DNA of 64,000 bases from the sequence record MN871446.1. One strand, written 5' to 3'. Below the pieces are notes generated by a model. It was not told where the DNA came from. It ran no database searches and saw only the letters and a program-made list of their open reading frames with translations. This DNA comes from Klebsiella phage KpLz-2_45. The translations under genes and the position numbers were made by a program. This document shows positions 1 through 9,873 of the stretch, piece after piece (position 1 is the stretch's first letter; every line of letters begins with the position of its first letter).

Positions 1-517
1 GGTTTGTTGGGTAAGCTAAACCGTCGAGGTCTTTGTTCCGAATAACCGTATCGATGGCCTTTTTCGGATCGCCGATGTTGACTTCCAGAATCCCCGTAAA
101 CGCCGGACAGGTTGGGCGAATACGAATCTGGGTCACAGTCGGAACGATGCTGAGGTTGAGTACTTCGTCGTAAATGTCTTCTGCGGCTAATTGAAAACCA
201 AAGTTAAGATTGATCTCTGGTAACAGATCAGATTTCTTAAACTTGTTGCTGGCGGAGACATAAACGTCAACTTCAGCAAAGATTTCAGCGATATCTGGAC
301 GGTTCCAGGTCAGGGCAATTTCCCCTTCGCGGCCCATCCCTAAGATCGCAACAAGTTTACCCGCGGTGTTGCGCTTGGGATCCCCGTTTGTATTTTCGGT
401 AAAATTGGTCAGGCGGACCTGATCTTGCGTAAAGTCGCTTTCTGGGTTCGCTTCTTTGATCAAATCAAAGACGAGTTCGTCGGTGGGTTTATTGTAGTAA
501 CCGTTCGGTGTGGCCAT
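1..517 (-). CDS. hypothetical protein, 3'-truncated by window edge (N-terminus MATPNGYYNKPTDELVFDL...; 172 aa visible)
   Basis: Open minus-strand frame from ATG at 515-517 to window start with no stop. The ORF track omits it because it is partial. A downstream hairpin and T-run separate it from the preceding gene. Confidence 0.6.
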   Translation of the reverse strand, partial: MATPNGYYNKPTDELVFDLIKEANPESDFTQDQVRLTNFTENTNGDPKRNTAGKLVAILGMGREGEIALTWNRPDIAEIFAEVDVYVSASNKFKKSDLLPEINLNFGFQLAAEDIYDEVLNLSIVPTVTQIRIRPTCPAFTGILEVNIGDPKKAIDTVIRNKDLDGLAYPTN

Positions 518-551
518 TATAGACTCCAAGTGAAAACTGTTATGTCATAAC

Positions 552-575
552 AAAAAAGGCGGTGACCCGCCTTTT
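552..575 (-). terminator. rho-independent terminator after gene 592..3036
   Basis: Minus-strand read GGCGG-GTCA-CCGCC followed by TTTTTT. Confidence 0.6.
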
Positions 576-591
576 CCGTAGCACAATCTTT

Positions 592-3036
592 TTATTCGAA
601 AGGCAATAAAACCGACGTCGGGAAAAACTCATCGAGTAACAGCGGCTCAGTGAACCCCAAGAGTCTATCTGGCATAACTTGCCACAACTGAACACGCGGG
701 ATCTTCCTTACCCATATACCGTCGAGAGTCGTTTCCCCTAAAACAATCTCAGGATCACGTTCGATCTTTTTCACCCAGAGACCGTCCAGATTTCGAACGA
801 GGACTTCCGTTTGAAGCAGGTCGTCGGCTTCCGGCGGGTAAACCCAAAGACCGGGGAGCGCCAATGTTTTAATGATGTCGTCAAGAGGACGGTAATCGAC
901 ATGGTACAGCCACAACCCATTGAGCTCGGTGTTCTTCACGTCAATAGTGATATCTTCTGTCAGACTTCCTTTAAAGCGTACCTCGGCAATCGGGATTCGA
1001 TGAATCGTTTTGATCGCTGTATCGCAAAGTAATCCGATACCCCAATCCAGTCGGTAATAGTAGTTAGCGTAGATCTCTTTAACATTGAGATCAATCGCTT
1101 TAAACGACGGGATCACCGTACTACTTTTTCCTTTCTGTTTTTGACCAATGACCTCTACACGCGAAGGCAGCTGAACTTTACCGTACCCCTTACTTTCCAC
1201 TTTACCGTAACGGACTGCCAGGTTGTCTAAAACGATACCCGGAGCAGCGATCGTTTTGTGGACGTACTGAACGCCGTAAGAAGAAAGTTGAGTCATGATC
1301 CCGATCATTGCGCTGTGAATATCCGAGATACTGATTGTCGACCGGAGATCTGAACCTGTCGCAATAGTGAATATACTCAGTGCAAAATCTGACCATTCCT
1401 GCGGGGTTGACATGGACAATGTCCAGTTCTTTTCTTTAAACCACGTCGCGTATGTTGTCGGTTGATCGACCAGCGTACAAGGTTCGTCACAATAGAATTT
1501 CCGACAGAGGACTTCCCACTCACCACGTTGGTAAAGATCTTCCATTGACGTATACATCATCCGGTGGGCTGACAAGTTCCCTTGTATAGCAACTGCCGTG
1601 GAATAAAAGGCTTCCGTAGAGATGATCGTACTTACTGAGGTCGTCTCTGTCATTGCCACTTGTATTCCGAGTTCTGTCACATACGTTTTCTGCGTTGCTT
1701 TACGCAGCTCTGAGAACGTTGGACTTGGAATACGTTGCGCGAAAAAAGCGGTCAGCTTAGGAATGTCCGTGAGCGTTATTTCAAACTGCTGCATCACCGC
1801 GTAGACCCAAAGTACCAATGCCTCCTTCACTGACATTGACATCGCTTCCTGCGAAATAGGGTCAGTTAAGATAATATTGGCAGTGTACTTTCCGTGAGAG
1901 GCGAGGTAGATCCATTCCGTTAATAACGTATCGGTCAGCTTCCGCGGCATGGCATCAGACTGGTCGACCATCACCGATTCGAGTACCTTCGTGGGGAGTA
2001 TGTTTGTGATCGCGTTTTTGACCATATTCGGCACGGTAGATTTTTGCGTCTCAAGATAATCGGCGTTATCTTTTGCGGAGTCGACTTCATTCTCTAACGC
2101 GTCTTCGATCGTGATATACTGAATACCGCTGACAGATTCAGCCAACGTATTCTGCGGGATCTTAGCCACGGTACCGGTGCTGTAAATCCCTTCGCCGATA
2201 CTTGACGTATCTTGTTGTAATTCGTACGCGGTGAGCGGGATACGTCGCTCCGTCAGGATGTTCGCGATAAGATCAACAAAGGTACTGGTTTTCCCGGCGT
2301 GCGCCTCGATGTATTCAATGTTACGGTACAGGTACAGCGCCTGTTTGAGGCTCGTGTAGTCTTTGAACTTATTGAGTCGACCATGCGACCCCAGATAACA
2401 CCAAAGATGATAACTGTGCACTTGGGGCGTTCTTACGTACCGATTTCGGATATTAATAATTTCGCCAGGAAGGTGAGAAAACATTAAACCGAAAAAGGTC
2501 GCCGGATATTGCAGTTGTACACGAGCAGGGAGCGGCATGTACCAGCGGTTGGTAAAATTATTAATCCACTCTTGCAGGTCGCTGATTAAATACACCTCTT
2601 GTGACTCAACGTGCTCTGAATCGTAATAGAGGATTTCCCAACTCTTCGCGCTCAGAATCGTCTCCATGGGAACCGGGTTGAGAATCCCACGTATCAGCGT
2701 TTCTTGATTAGGGTAACGGGAGAGTAGATTCTGATAATAACTTGTCCCGTACGCGTAGGCTTTACGCGTGGCGCGGTGTAATAGTAAGTTATCATATGTG
2801 AACTCGATCGTCTCGAGTGTATCTAAAGAAACAACCGTCATTGGGGTATCGCTGGCATGGTATTGTCCTGCCAGATTCATATAGTACGCCCATGTGCTAG
2901 GTGCACTTGGGTCGACGTTATACCCGATAAGTGAAAGGTATTCGTTACGCATCGTGGCGGCGGCAGGAAATTTAATCGTCAATGTCTGTGCCAATGCCAT
3001 AACGCTATCTAAATATAACTTCTGCGTGGTATCCAC
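592..3036 (-). CDS. large hypothetical (probably virion) protein, 814 aa, C-terminal LxGLW repeats
   Basis: Long ORF. The C-terminal 100 aa contain four copies of L-x-G-L/I-W-V/L (LNGLWLY, LPGLWVY, LDGLWVK, LDGIWVR). No catalytic motif recognised. Confidence 0.8.
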   Translation of the reverse strand: MDTTQKLYLDSVMALAQTLTIKFPAAATMRNEYLSLIGYNVDPSAPSTWAYYMNLAGQYHASDTPMTVVSLDTLETIEFTYDNLLLHRATRKAYAYGTSYYQNLLSRYPNQETLIRGILNPVPMETILSAKSWEILYYDSEHVESQEVYLISDLQEWINNFTNRWYMPLPARVQLQYPATFFGLMFSHLPGEIINIRNRYVRTPQVHSYHLWCYLGSHGRLNKFKDYTSLKQALYLYRNIEYIEAHAGKTSTFVDLIANILTERRIPLTAYELQQDTSSIGEGIYSTGTVAKIPQNTLAESVSGIQYITIEDALENEVDSAKDNADYLETQKSTVPNMVKNAITNILPTKVLESVMVDQSDAMPRKLTDTLLTEWIYLASHGKYTANIILTDPISQEAMSMSVKEALVLWVYAVMQQFEITLTDIPKLTAFFAQRIPSPTFSELRKATQKTYVTELGIQVAMTETTSVSTIISTEAFYSTAVAIQGNLSAHRMMYTSMEDLYQRGEWEVLCRKFYCDEPCTLVDQPTTYATWFKEKNWTLSMSTPQEWSDFALSIFTIATGSDLRSTISISDIHSAMIGIMTQLSSYGVQYVHKTIAAPGIVLDNLAVRYGKVESKGYGKVQLPSRVEVIGQKQKGKSSTVIPSFKAIDLNVKEIYANYYYRLDWGIGLLCDTAIKTIHRIPIAEVRFKGSLTEDITIDVKNTELNGLWLYHVDYRPLDDIIKTLALPGLWVYPPEADDLLQTEVLVRNLDGLWVKKIERDPEIVLGETTLDGIWVRKIPRVQLWQVMPDRLLGFTEPLLLDEFFPTSVLLPFE

Positions 3037-3100
3037 CGAGCAGTCTCCTCAATAGAACAATCGATTCCCCTTTTCAGAGTGAGAGAAGGATTCTGAATTT

Positions 3101-5899
3101 ATGAATAGTTACGAAAAGAAAACGGTGAATCCTACCGGGATCAAAGTTTCCAGTCGTCCACAGGATTGGCTCCAACGCACCCCTTCGGCTACGGCAATTA
3201 TGTCGAAACTGGTTCAGGATGCGGTACATCGTACGACTACACCTGGAAATGGTGTCGATGTTCCCGACCCAACGATTTTCGACCGTCTCGTCAGTCGTCG
3301 CGCCAGAAAGAACCTGGACGCAGAAACAATCATCTCTTTAGCGCCCGACATTAAATTGATTAAACAGATGATTGTTTCCACTACCCTTTCTCCGGTCGAT
3401 ATGACCCAAGGAGAGTTAGGATTTAAAACCGAGGCGTCAGAGATCCCGCCAAGCGTCCTCAATCAAGTCACAGAGGTCATACGGGATCATTTTGAGTCAT
3501 ACTACCCCTTACGCGATAAACTCCCTGAGATCATCGGAGAGGCGTTATTTGAAACAGGTGCGTGGGTCGGTGTAATTGTCCCGGAAGCTGTTATCGATGA
3601 CATCATCAACCTTCGCGAAGTCGGCAGTTATCTGGCCACGGAAAGTTTCAACGAGAAACTGAAAACGCATTTCGTTGACGGAACCTTAAAATCTGTCGGC
3701 ATCTTAGGTGACCCAGGAATTACCGATCAGGAAATCCGTGATGCGAATAAAGGTAAAAAGAACATTCGCAGTAGTGCACCGGCACCGTCTTTAGAAAGCA
3801 TGTTCTCCATGCCGGTTATGAACCCTAATCAGGTTCGTATTAATGACAGTGCCACCATCACCGATAACCTCGGAATTATGGGTTTGAGCCATATCCGTAA
3901 CCAGATTAATGAAGAGCGTTTGAGAAACAAATACCGCTACGGACGTAGCGGAGCAGGGATGGAGGCGTACCGGTCAAGAAACGGTCATAACAACGTCTCG
4001 ACGGTCGCGAGAACGCTTTACAACTCACGGTCTGGTCAAACTAGCGTTAACCCTGTTAAAGTCATTCCTGCGGCCTCAGAAGCCAGCAGAAGCAGTATTG
4101 GTCATCCGCTGGTCATTAAGTGCCCCTCAGAATCGGTGATTCCGTGTTACCCGAAAGGCGATGAGCGAAACCACATCGGTTACGTCATTGTCCTGGATGA
4201 GCTGGGTAACCCGATCAACTTAACCGATGAACTGAACCAGGCGGCCACTAATGGTCAGATCGGTACAATGGGTGCTCAGCAACAACTGGACATGACCTCC
4301 AGTTTAATCCAGCAAACCCGCATTGCGCAGAACGGTATCTGTATGGATACCGACAAAATGGCGGCGGAAGAACGTATTCGCGTCTATAACCAGGTCTTAG
4401 AGGAAAACATCCTCAACCGTATTAAAAACGGTTTGATCGGTCGTAACGTGAAGATGGCCTGGAACGAAGATATCATGCGTATCATGATGTTCCGTCAGTT
4501 TGCGAACCAACGTACTAACCTCGTCTTTGTCCCTGCTGAACAAGTCGCGTATTTCGCTTACGACTACGACAGTAACGGGATGGGGAAATCGTTGCTTGAT
4601 GACATCAAACAGGTCTCTGCACTGCGAGCCATGACCACCTTCGCTAACTTTATGGCGGGCGTGAAGAATGCGGTAGGACGAACCAAAGTAACGATGAACA
4701 TCGACCCGCGTACACCTGACCCCGAGAAAGCTTATGCGATCTTGATTGATGAGTATCAACGAATGACCAGCACCGTTACTCCTACGGATGTCAGTTCTTC
4801 GGCGGAAATGTTCCGCGTACTCAGAATGATGGGGACGACGATTGAGGTACAGGGTAACCCACGTATCCCGAATACCACTGTGGACATTAATGAGTACCAA
4901 TCTCAGAAACAGATCATTGATGAGAACTTTACCAATGATCTTCGTCGTCAACAGTATATGGGTCTCTTTGTTACACCGGCGATGGTGGACATGACTGACG
5001 AGGCAGACTTTGCTATCACCCGTTGGACGTCTAACCAGCTCTACGCTAAACGCATCATGATGATTCAAGACGACACCTGTAAGCACGGGAAGAAGCTCGT
5101 CAGATCATACGTGAACTCGGACGGTGTTTTAATCGGACGTATTCAGAAGATCTTTGCCGAGAACAACGATAAGCTCCCTGAAGAATATCGTCTCGATAAA
5201 GAAAGTCAAATCCCGGAAGATTTAAAATACCTCGATGCGATCGACGCTTATTTTGACGCATTCTACCTTGAGTTACCTCGTCCGGAAAATAACCGGATTG
5301 AGAAACAAAAAGAAGAATTCGACAAAGTGAAAGATATGATTGACGACATTGTCGACTGTTACATCTCGAGCGAACTTCTGGGGGCATTTGCACCGGAAGA
5401 TCAATCTAAGATCGATATGCTCAGGGCACACATGACAGCGTACCTGAAACGCGACTGGTTACAGAGTCAAGGCTTCGATATGGGCTTTGTGAAGATCCTG
5501 TCGCCGGTCACGGAAGAAGATCCATCGCTGGATATGATCAAAGTCTTTACTACCGACATTGTCAATATGCTGCATAACTTTGGCGATTTCAGTTCGGCAT
5601 TGGCGGCCACCCGTGACGCGTTACTGAAACGGATGGAAGTAGAGAACCCGAAACAACATGAGATCCTTACAGCCAATAATGACGCTGGCGGCGGTTGGGA
5701 CAATGGCAGTTCCGGAAACGATTGGGACAACAACGATTCCGGTGGTGGCGACGCCTTTGGCGGTGGCGACTTCGGTTCCTTCGAAGATACCGAGGAAGAT
5801 CCTTTCGCCACGGACGAGTTAGAAGGAGGAGGAGAAACTTCCACTGAAGAGGAAGCAGATCCTTTCGCTACACCAGAAGAAACAAACGGACCTGAATAA
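3101..5899 (+). CDS. large virion protein, 932 aa, acidic Gly/Asp-rich C-terminal tail with EDPFAT repeats (portal protein candidate)
   Basis: Long ORF with SD AAGGA 8 nt upstream of ATG. The C-terminal 80 aa are a GGG/D/E low-complexity tail with two EDPFAT copies. Size matches ~900-aa portal proteins of phiKZ-like phages. The function call is inference only. Confidence 0.8.
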   Translation: MNSYEKKTVNPTGIKVSSRPQDWLQRTPSATAIMSKLVQDAVHRTTTPGNGVDVPDPTIFDRLVSRRARKNLDAETIISLAPDIKLIKQMIVSTTLSPVDMTQGELGFKTEASEIPPSVLNQVTEVIRDHFESYYPLRDKLPEIIGEALFETGAWVGVIVPEAVIDDIINLREVGSYLATESFNEKLKTHFVDGTLKSVGILGDPGITDQEIRDANKGKKNIRSSAPAPSLESMFSMPVMNPNQVRINDSATITDNLGIMGLSHIRNQINEERLRNKYRYGRSGAGMEAYRSRNGHNNVSTVARTLYNSRSGQTSVNPVKVIPAASEASRSSIGHPLVIKCPSESVIPCYPKGDERNHIGYVIVLDELGNPINLTDELNQAATNGQIGTMGAQQQLDMTSSLIQQTRIAQNGICMDTDKMAAEERIRVYNQVLEENILNRIKNGLIGRNVKMAWNEDIMRIMMFRQFANQRTNLVFVPAEQVAYFAYDYDSNGMGKSLLDDIKQVSALRAMTTFANFMAGVKNAVGRTKVTMNIDPRTPDPEKAYAILIDEYQRMTSTVTPTDVSSSAEMFRVLRMMGTTIEVQGNPRIPNTTVDINEYQSQKQIIDENFTNDLRRQQYMGLFVTPAMVDMTDEADFAITRWTSNQLYAKRIMMIQDDTCKHGKKLVRSYVNSDGVLIGRIQKIFAENNDKLPEEYRLDKESQIPEDLKYLDAIDAYFDAFYLELPRPENNRIEKQKEEFDKVKDMIDDIVDCYISSELLGAFAPEDQSKIDMLRAHMTAYLKRDWLQSQGFDMGFVKILSPVTEEDPSLDMIKVFTTDIVNMLHNFGDFSSALAATRDALLKRMEVENPKQHEILTANNDAGGGWDNGSSGNDWDNNDSGGGDAFGGGDFGSFEDTEEDPFATDELEGGGETSTEEEADPFATPEETNGPE

Positions 5900-5905
5900 A
5901 AAAAA

Positions 5906-5961
5906 AAGAGGGCACAAACCCTCTTCCCTCCCACAGAGAGCGAAAGCTCTCTGTGGGAGGG
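5906..5961. terminator. bidirectional intrinsic terminator (two tandem hairpins flanked by A-run and T-run)
   Basis: A9 run, then hairpin AAGAGGG-cacaaa-CCCTCTT, then a 16-bp hairpin CCCTCCCACAGAGAGC-GAAA-GCTCTCTGTGGGAGGG. Lies between convergent genes 3101..5899(+) and 5972..8191(-). Confidence 0.75.
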
Positions 5962-5971
5962 TTATTACCGA

Positions 5972-8191
5972 TTAGTCTTGACGACGCAGAGCCAGTACAA
6001 AGCTATCGGATTTAGCATCCTGATAATCTTTGCGGACTTCTAACCAGCTGTTATCGGCGAACCAGATATAGTTCAGGCACGCGATATCGCTACCGGCATT
6101 AAAGTTCATGGCTTTCAGCGCGTTATGCAGTTTAGGTGAGGTTTCTTGGGACACGAAGAAGATTTCACCCGGCTGAGCATCAGCACTGATTCTCAGTTTC
6201 AGGTCGTTAACCAGCATCGGGGCGATAACCATATTGATACGTTTTACCACATAGATGGTACGCGCATCGGTGGTTTCGTTGACACCGGCACCAATAATCC
6301 CTGAACCCAATTTAAACATCTGGAAGTTAGCCAGGTGGAACGAGAACGCGCCAGCCAGTTTCTTCGCAAACTCAGCGCCACGTGCTTTAGTGACGTCATC
6401 CGCCAACGTCGCCAGATCTTCAAAGCTTTCAATGCGCAGACCGCAACCCATTTCCAGACGGAAGATAGAGTTCACCAGTTCGACGATATGGCGTTTCGCA
6501 GCCACTACCAGCGCAACAGGAACACGATCGATGACACGCTTCAGGTTATCGTGGATATCCTGAATATAGCTCAGTTCAATATTGTCATTGAAGTTGAGGC
6601 CCGTCATCTCCAGTTGACGCAGCGTGAACCGTGCTTCTTCCGGCGTAGCGCAAGTGTAAATCGGTTCGTAGGATTCCGCGGCGGTTTGGAACGCATTGAA
6701 GTTGGTGTGCAGGTGACCGTTCTGATCGTTGGTCATTTCTTCGGTACGAGACATTTCCTGCATACGGATATGACCCAGACCGAACCCCTTCACCGTTTCA
6801 TCTGAACGGAGAATATTCTCGAACGAGATTGTTCCCGCGTTCGGGGCTTCAGGAACCACCTTCTGTTCTTCCGGCGGCAGGGCGCTGTTTTCTTCCTTGA
6901 TACTGGCAACCACGGCTTCGTACTCCTGACGGTCCTGGTCACGAAGTTCGCGGTTAGCTTTCACGTTAAAACGTGGGCCGGCGATCGCTTTACGGATCTC
7001 GGCGTTTTTCGGGTGATAACGATTATCGGCTTCTTTTGCGCCGATGACGTTCAGTTCGTGAATTTTACGATCCACTTCTTTTACCTCTTCAGCGGTTAAC
7101 GGTTCAAACGCCATGTAACGATAACCGTCACTGGTGATGTCCCATACAGGGCGAACAGAGTCCACTTCCCATGCGATTGGGCGGTGGTTATTCGCTTCGT
7201 TCGGATGGAGCGGGATAGACATGACCACTTCGTAATCGTCTAATTTGATCAGACCCGATTCAATGTCTTCACGGGTAATAGGACGATTCGCTAAGCGGTT
7301 ACCTTTTGATGAGTAACCCGGTGCAGATTCAGCCGGCGCGGCTTTCTTTTTACTGAATGAAGCGGGGCGAGTGACTTCATGCGGTTCTACTCGCTCGTAC
7401 GCCGGCGCGGCGTTCGCAGTGCGTGGGTCTGGCATTTCGAAATCGTCACGTTCGTCACGATTCACTTCATTCCCATTTGCTTGTTCGCGCATACGGGCGG
7501 TGGCGACATACGGGTTAACACGACGGCGATTGTTACGGGCAGCATTAATATCTACCGCAGGTTCCCGACGAGAGTCGGCACGACCACGAGTAGGGATAGC
7601 GCTTTCGTAACGGCCGGGGCGAGAACCGAAACCACCGGAACTTCGTCCACGATCATCGCGATCTTCGTAACGACCTCTGCGTTCATCACGACCACGGCCT
7701 TCATAACGCCCACGACGCTCTTCTTCGCGTCCACGACCGAAGCCGCCACTGCTACGACCAAAACCACCACGACGGTCGTCGCGTCCACGGTCACCAAAGC
7801 GACGACCACGATCAGCTTCTTCCGCATACTCTTCCAGTGCACGACGCAGTTTATTAGCATTGTCAGCCAAAAACAGCATGTCGTCTTCTGTACGGCGATC
7901 GGGGATATCGACACTACGGTCTTCTTTGATCAGTGCCCCGGCAAAGAATGAGGCGAGTTCAATTGCTCCTTCCCAAAGGTCATCTGGTTCTTTACGGAGG
8001 TCAACTAACATTTCCATGGAGTCGAAAACGAAGTTGATTAAGTTTTCACGGGTCTGACGACTGCGACGAATCGCATCGTCAAGGTATTCGAAGAACGGAT
8101 CGTCACGGGACAGTTCGCTGATGCGTTCATCCAGGAAAGCAGCCAGGTTGCGATCGTTAAAATCCATCTCATTACGACGACGGTTATACAT
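5972..8191 (-). CDS. hypothetical protein, 739 aa, with internal RG/RGG-rich low-complexity segment (aa ~125-200)
   Basis: Long ORF. Segment RGRDDRRGGFGRSSGGFGRGREEERRGRYEGRGRDERRGRYEDRDDRGRSSGGFGSRPGRYE. CGT/GGT codon bias. Confidence 0.8.
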   Translation of the reverse strand: MYNRRRNEMDFNDRNLAAFLDERISELSRDDPFFEYLDDAIRRSRQTRENLINFVFDSMEMLVDLRKEPDDLWEGAIELASFFAGALIKEDRSVDIPDRRTEDDMLFLADNANKLRRALEEYAEEADRGRRFGDRGRDDRRGGFGRSSGGFGRGREEERRGRYEGRGRDERRGRYEDRDDRGRSSGGFGSRPGRYESAIPTRGRADSRREPAVDINAARNNRRRVNPYVATARMREQANGNEVNRDERDDFEMPDPRTANAAPAYERVEPHEVTRPASFSKKKAAPAESAPGYSSKGNRLANRPITREDIESGLIKLDDYEVVMSIPLHPNEANNHRPIAWEVDSVRPVWDITSDGYRYMAFEPLTAEEVKEVDRKIHELNVIGAKEADNRYHPKNAEIRKAIAGPRFNVKANRELRDQDRQEYEAVVASIKEENSALPPEEQKVVPEAPNAGTISFENILRSDETVKGFGLGHIRMQEMSRTEEMTNDQNGHLHTNFNAFQTAAESYEPIYTCATPEEARFTLRQLEMTGLNFNDNIELSYIQDIHDNLKRVIDRVPVALVVAAKRHIVELVNSIFRLEMGCGLRIESFEDLATLADDVTKARGAEFAKKLAGAFSFHLANFQMFKLGSGIIGAGVNETTDARTIYVVKRINMVIAPMLVNDLKLRISADAQPGEIFFVSQETSPKLHNALKAMNFNAGSDIACLNYIWFADNSWLEVRKDYQDAKSDSFVLALRRQD

Positions 8192-8233
8192 GTAGAATTA
8201 CTCCTGCGAGATTAGTTAATTATTTAAAATGGT

Positions 8234-9850
8234 TTATTCGGTAATTTCCCGCTGTACCATATCGAGGAGTTCAATGTTTTTCGGATTACGAATAAATTTC
8301 CCAGCGTCGTCGGTGTGGGCGTAAACGTTTAGACGTCCACGGCCGTCGGGGATACCTTTCGCAAAGTTGCACACTGAACCACATTCCATGATACTTGAAT
8401 GCAGGTGGTAAGCCGTTTCGTTAGGTTTGAAACTTTTTGTCTTACCTTTACCGATAACAGCATTGACTTGACGGATAGCGATACACGTGTGTTTGAAAAT
8501 CATGTTATCGCCCGGGTACTGAACAGAGTTAAGTTCGCCGTGTCCCCGTTGGATACCGAGGAATGCGTTAGTGGTTAGGAAACTAGACAGCTTCCATGTT
8601 AACCGCTTCAGTCGCAGCGTTTTCTGTTCTTTTTCTAACTGCCAGGTAAAGTTAAAGATACTCTCCGTGATGCCCGATAACGCATACCGTTTCACCAGGA
8701 GATATTTCCCCCACATGTTACCCGAATTATCGTCTTTCAGTCGATCCTGGATTGTTTCAAGGATATGGATAAACAACTCGTAAAGGTCATTGGCCATGAT
8801 CCCTTCTTGACGAAGATTTTTCTTCGTCTCGCCATCGACGTAAGAGTCGAGCGACTTAAGATGGAGATCAACCTTGTTGAGCAGTTTCCCTTCGTTCTCG
8901 TTCCCCTGATGCAGAATAAAACCCATGATAATGCGCCACGTGTCTGGCATATCGATGTACTGCAAATTGAAGCGTTGCGGGTAACGATCGACGACGTAGA
9001 AGAAATGCGTCGCCAGTAACTGAACACCTATGTTGTTCAACACCGCTTCACGCGGAATGATCAACGCCAGGTTCGTGGGTTTCCAATCGCTGATTGCGCG
9101 GCGGCGTTCCGGCGGCGGTAACCCTTGCGTGGTAAAGATCACGTAGTCTTGCTCTGGGTAATCCTCACGTAAGTTGTGACGGTTCTCTTCGATCACGACG
9201 TCAATGTCGTAGAAACGTTTAAAGGTTTCCGTTACGCCATACTTACAGAACAGGTAATGACCCAGCGTCGAGTTAAACGACGATTTCTTCCCTTCGTTCC
9301 CTGTTTTACCTTGATAGATATTTCCGTAGACTACAAAGGACGGGATTGATTCGCCGTCTTGTAGGACACTGTAAATACTCCGTTTCAAAGTGAACTTCGC
9401 TCGGAAGAGGATCGTGAACAAATCATTCCCGGCTACCGAGAAAACCAAATCCGCCAGGATCGGATGAATTGTTGCACGTGAGCCGCCTAACCATAACGTC
9501 CCTGCTTCCCTGACAAACGGAATATTGATGTTCCGTGGTAGGATGTGGATTTTCTGAAAACGCAGTTTCATTTCCGACATCACCGCGTCAGTTTGCGCAA
9601 TATCAACTTCCCCGCGACGTTCCGCCTTTTCATTCCCTTTAATGATCGCCTGAGACTCTTCGTAGGGCGTCAGTCTACGCATCCCCAGGTATTCGACATC
9701 GGGAGGAAAGTCCTGTGCCGCACAATGCGCAATTCGATCGATATACTGTTCGGCATCCTCTAAATCCTTAACAGCAAATCCACCGGCAATGTCTTTGTTG
9801 AACTTGGGTAACGGTTCAACAATGTCATTAAACAATGCTATATCAGCCAC
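8234..9850 (-). CDS. hypothetical protein, 538 aa
   Basis: Long ORF in an operon-like arrangement with short gaps to its neighbours. Confidence 0.75.
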   Translation of the reverse strand: MADIALFNDIVEPLPKFNKDIAGGFAVKDLEDAEQYIDRIAHCAAQDFPPDVEYLGMRRLTPYEESQAIIKGNEKAERRGEVDIAQTDAVMSEMKLRFQKIHILPRNINIPFVREAGTLWLGGSRATIHPILADLVFSVAGNDLFTILFRAKFTLKRSIYSVLQDGESIPSFVVYGNIYQGKTGNEGKKSSFNSTLGHYLFCKYGVTETFKRFYDIDVVIEENRHNLREDYPEQDYVIFTTQGLPPPERRRAISDWKPTNLALIIPREAVLNNIGVQLLATHFFYVVDRYPQRFNLQYIDMPDTWRIIMGFILHQGNENEGKLLNKVDLHLKSLDSYVDGETKKNLRQEGIMANDLYELFIHILETIQDRLKDDNSGNMWGKYLLVKRYALSGITESIFNFTWQLEKEQKTLRLKRLTWKLSSFLTTNAFLGIQRGHGELNSVQYPGDNMIFKHTCIAIRQVNAVIGKGKTKSFKPNETAYHLHSSIMECGSVCNFAKGIPDGRGRLNVYAHTDDAGKFIRNPKNIELLDMVQREITE

Positions 9851-9873
9851 ACATGCATCCTTATTTCAATCAA

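Noticed and set aside
592-3036. AHAGKTS segment considered as a terminase-type Walker A
   Set aside because: It does not fit G-x4-G-K-[ST] (Ile at the first position). No Walker B or nuclease motifs were recognised, so terminase identity is not supported from sequence alone.
7379-7951. 190-aa and 120-aa ORFs antisense to or overlapping the RG-rich region
   Set aside because: Thr/Ala/Val low-complexity translations are expected from the complement of a repetitive CGT/GGT-rich coding repeat. No independent signals.
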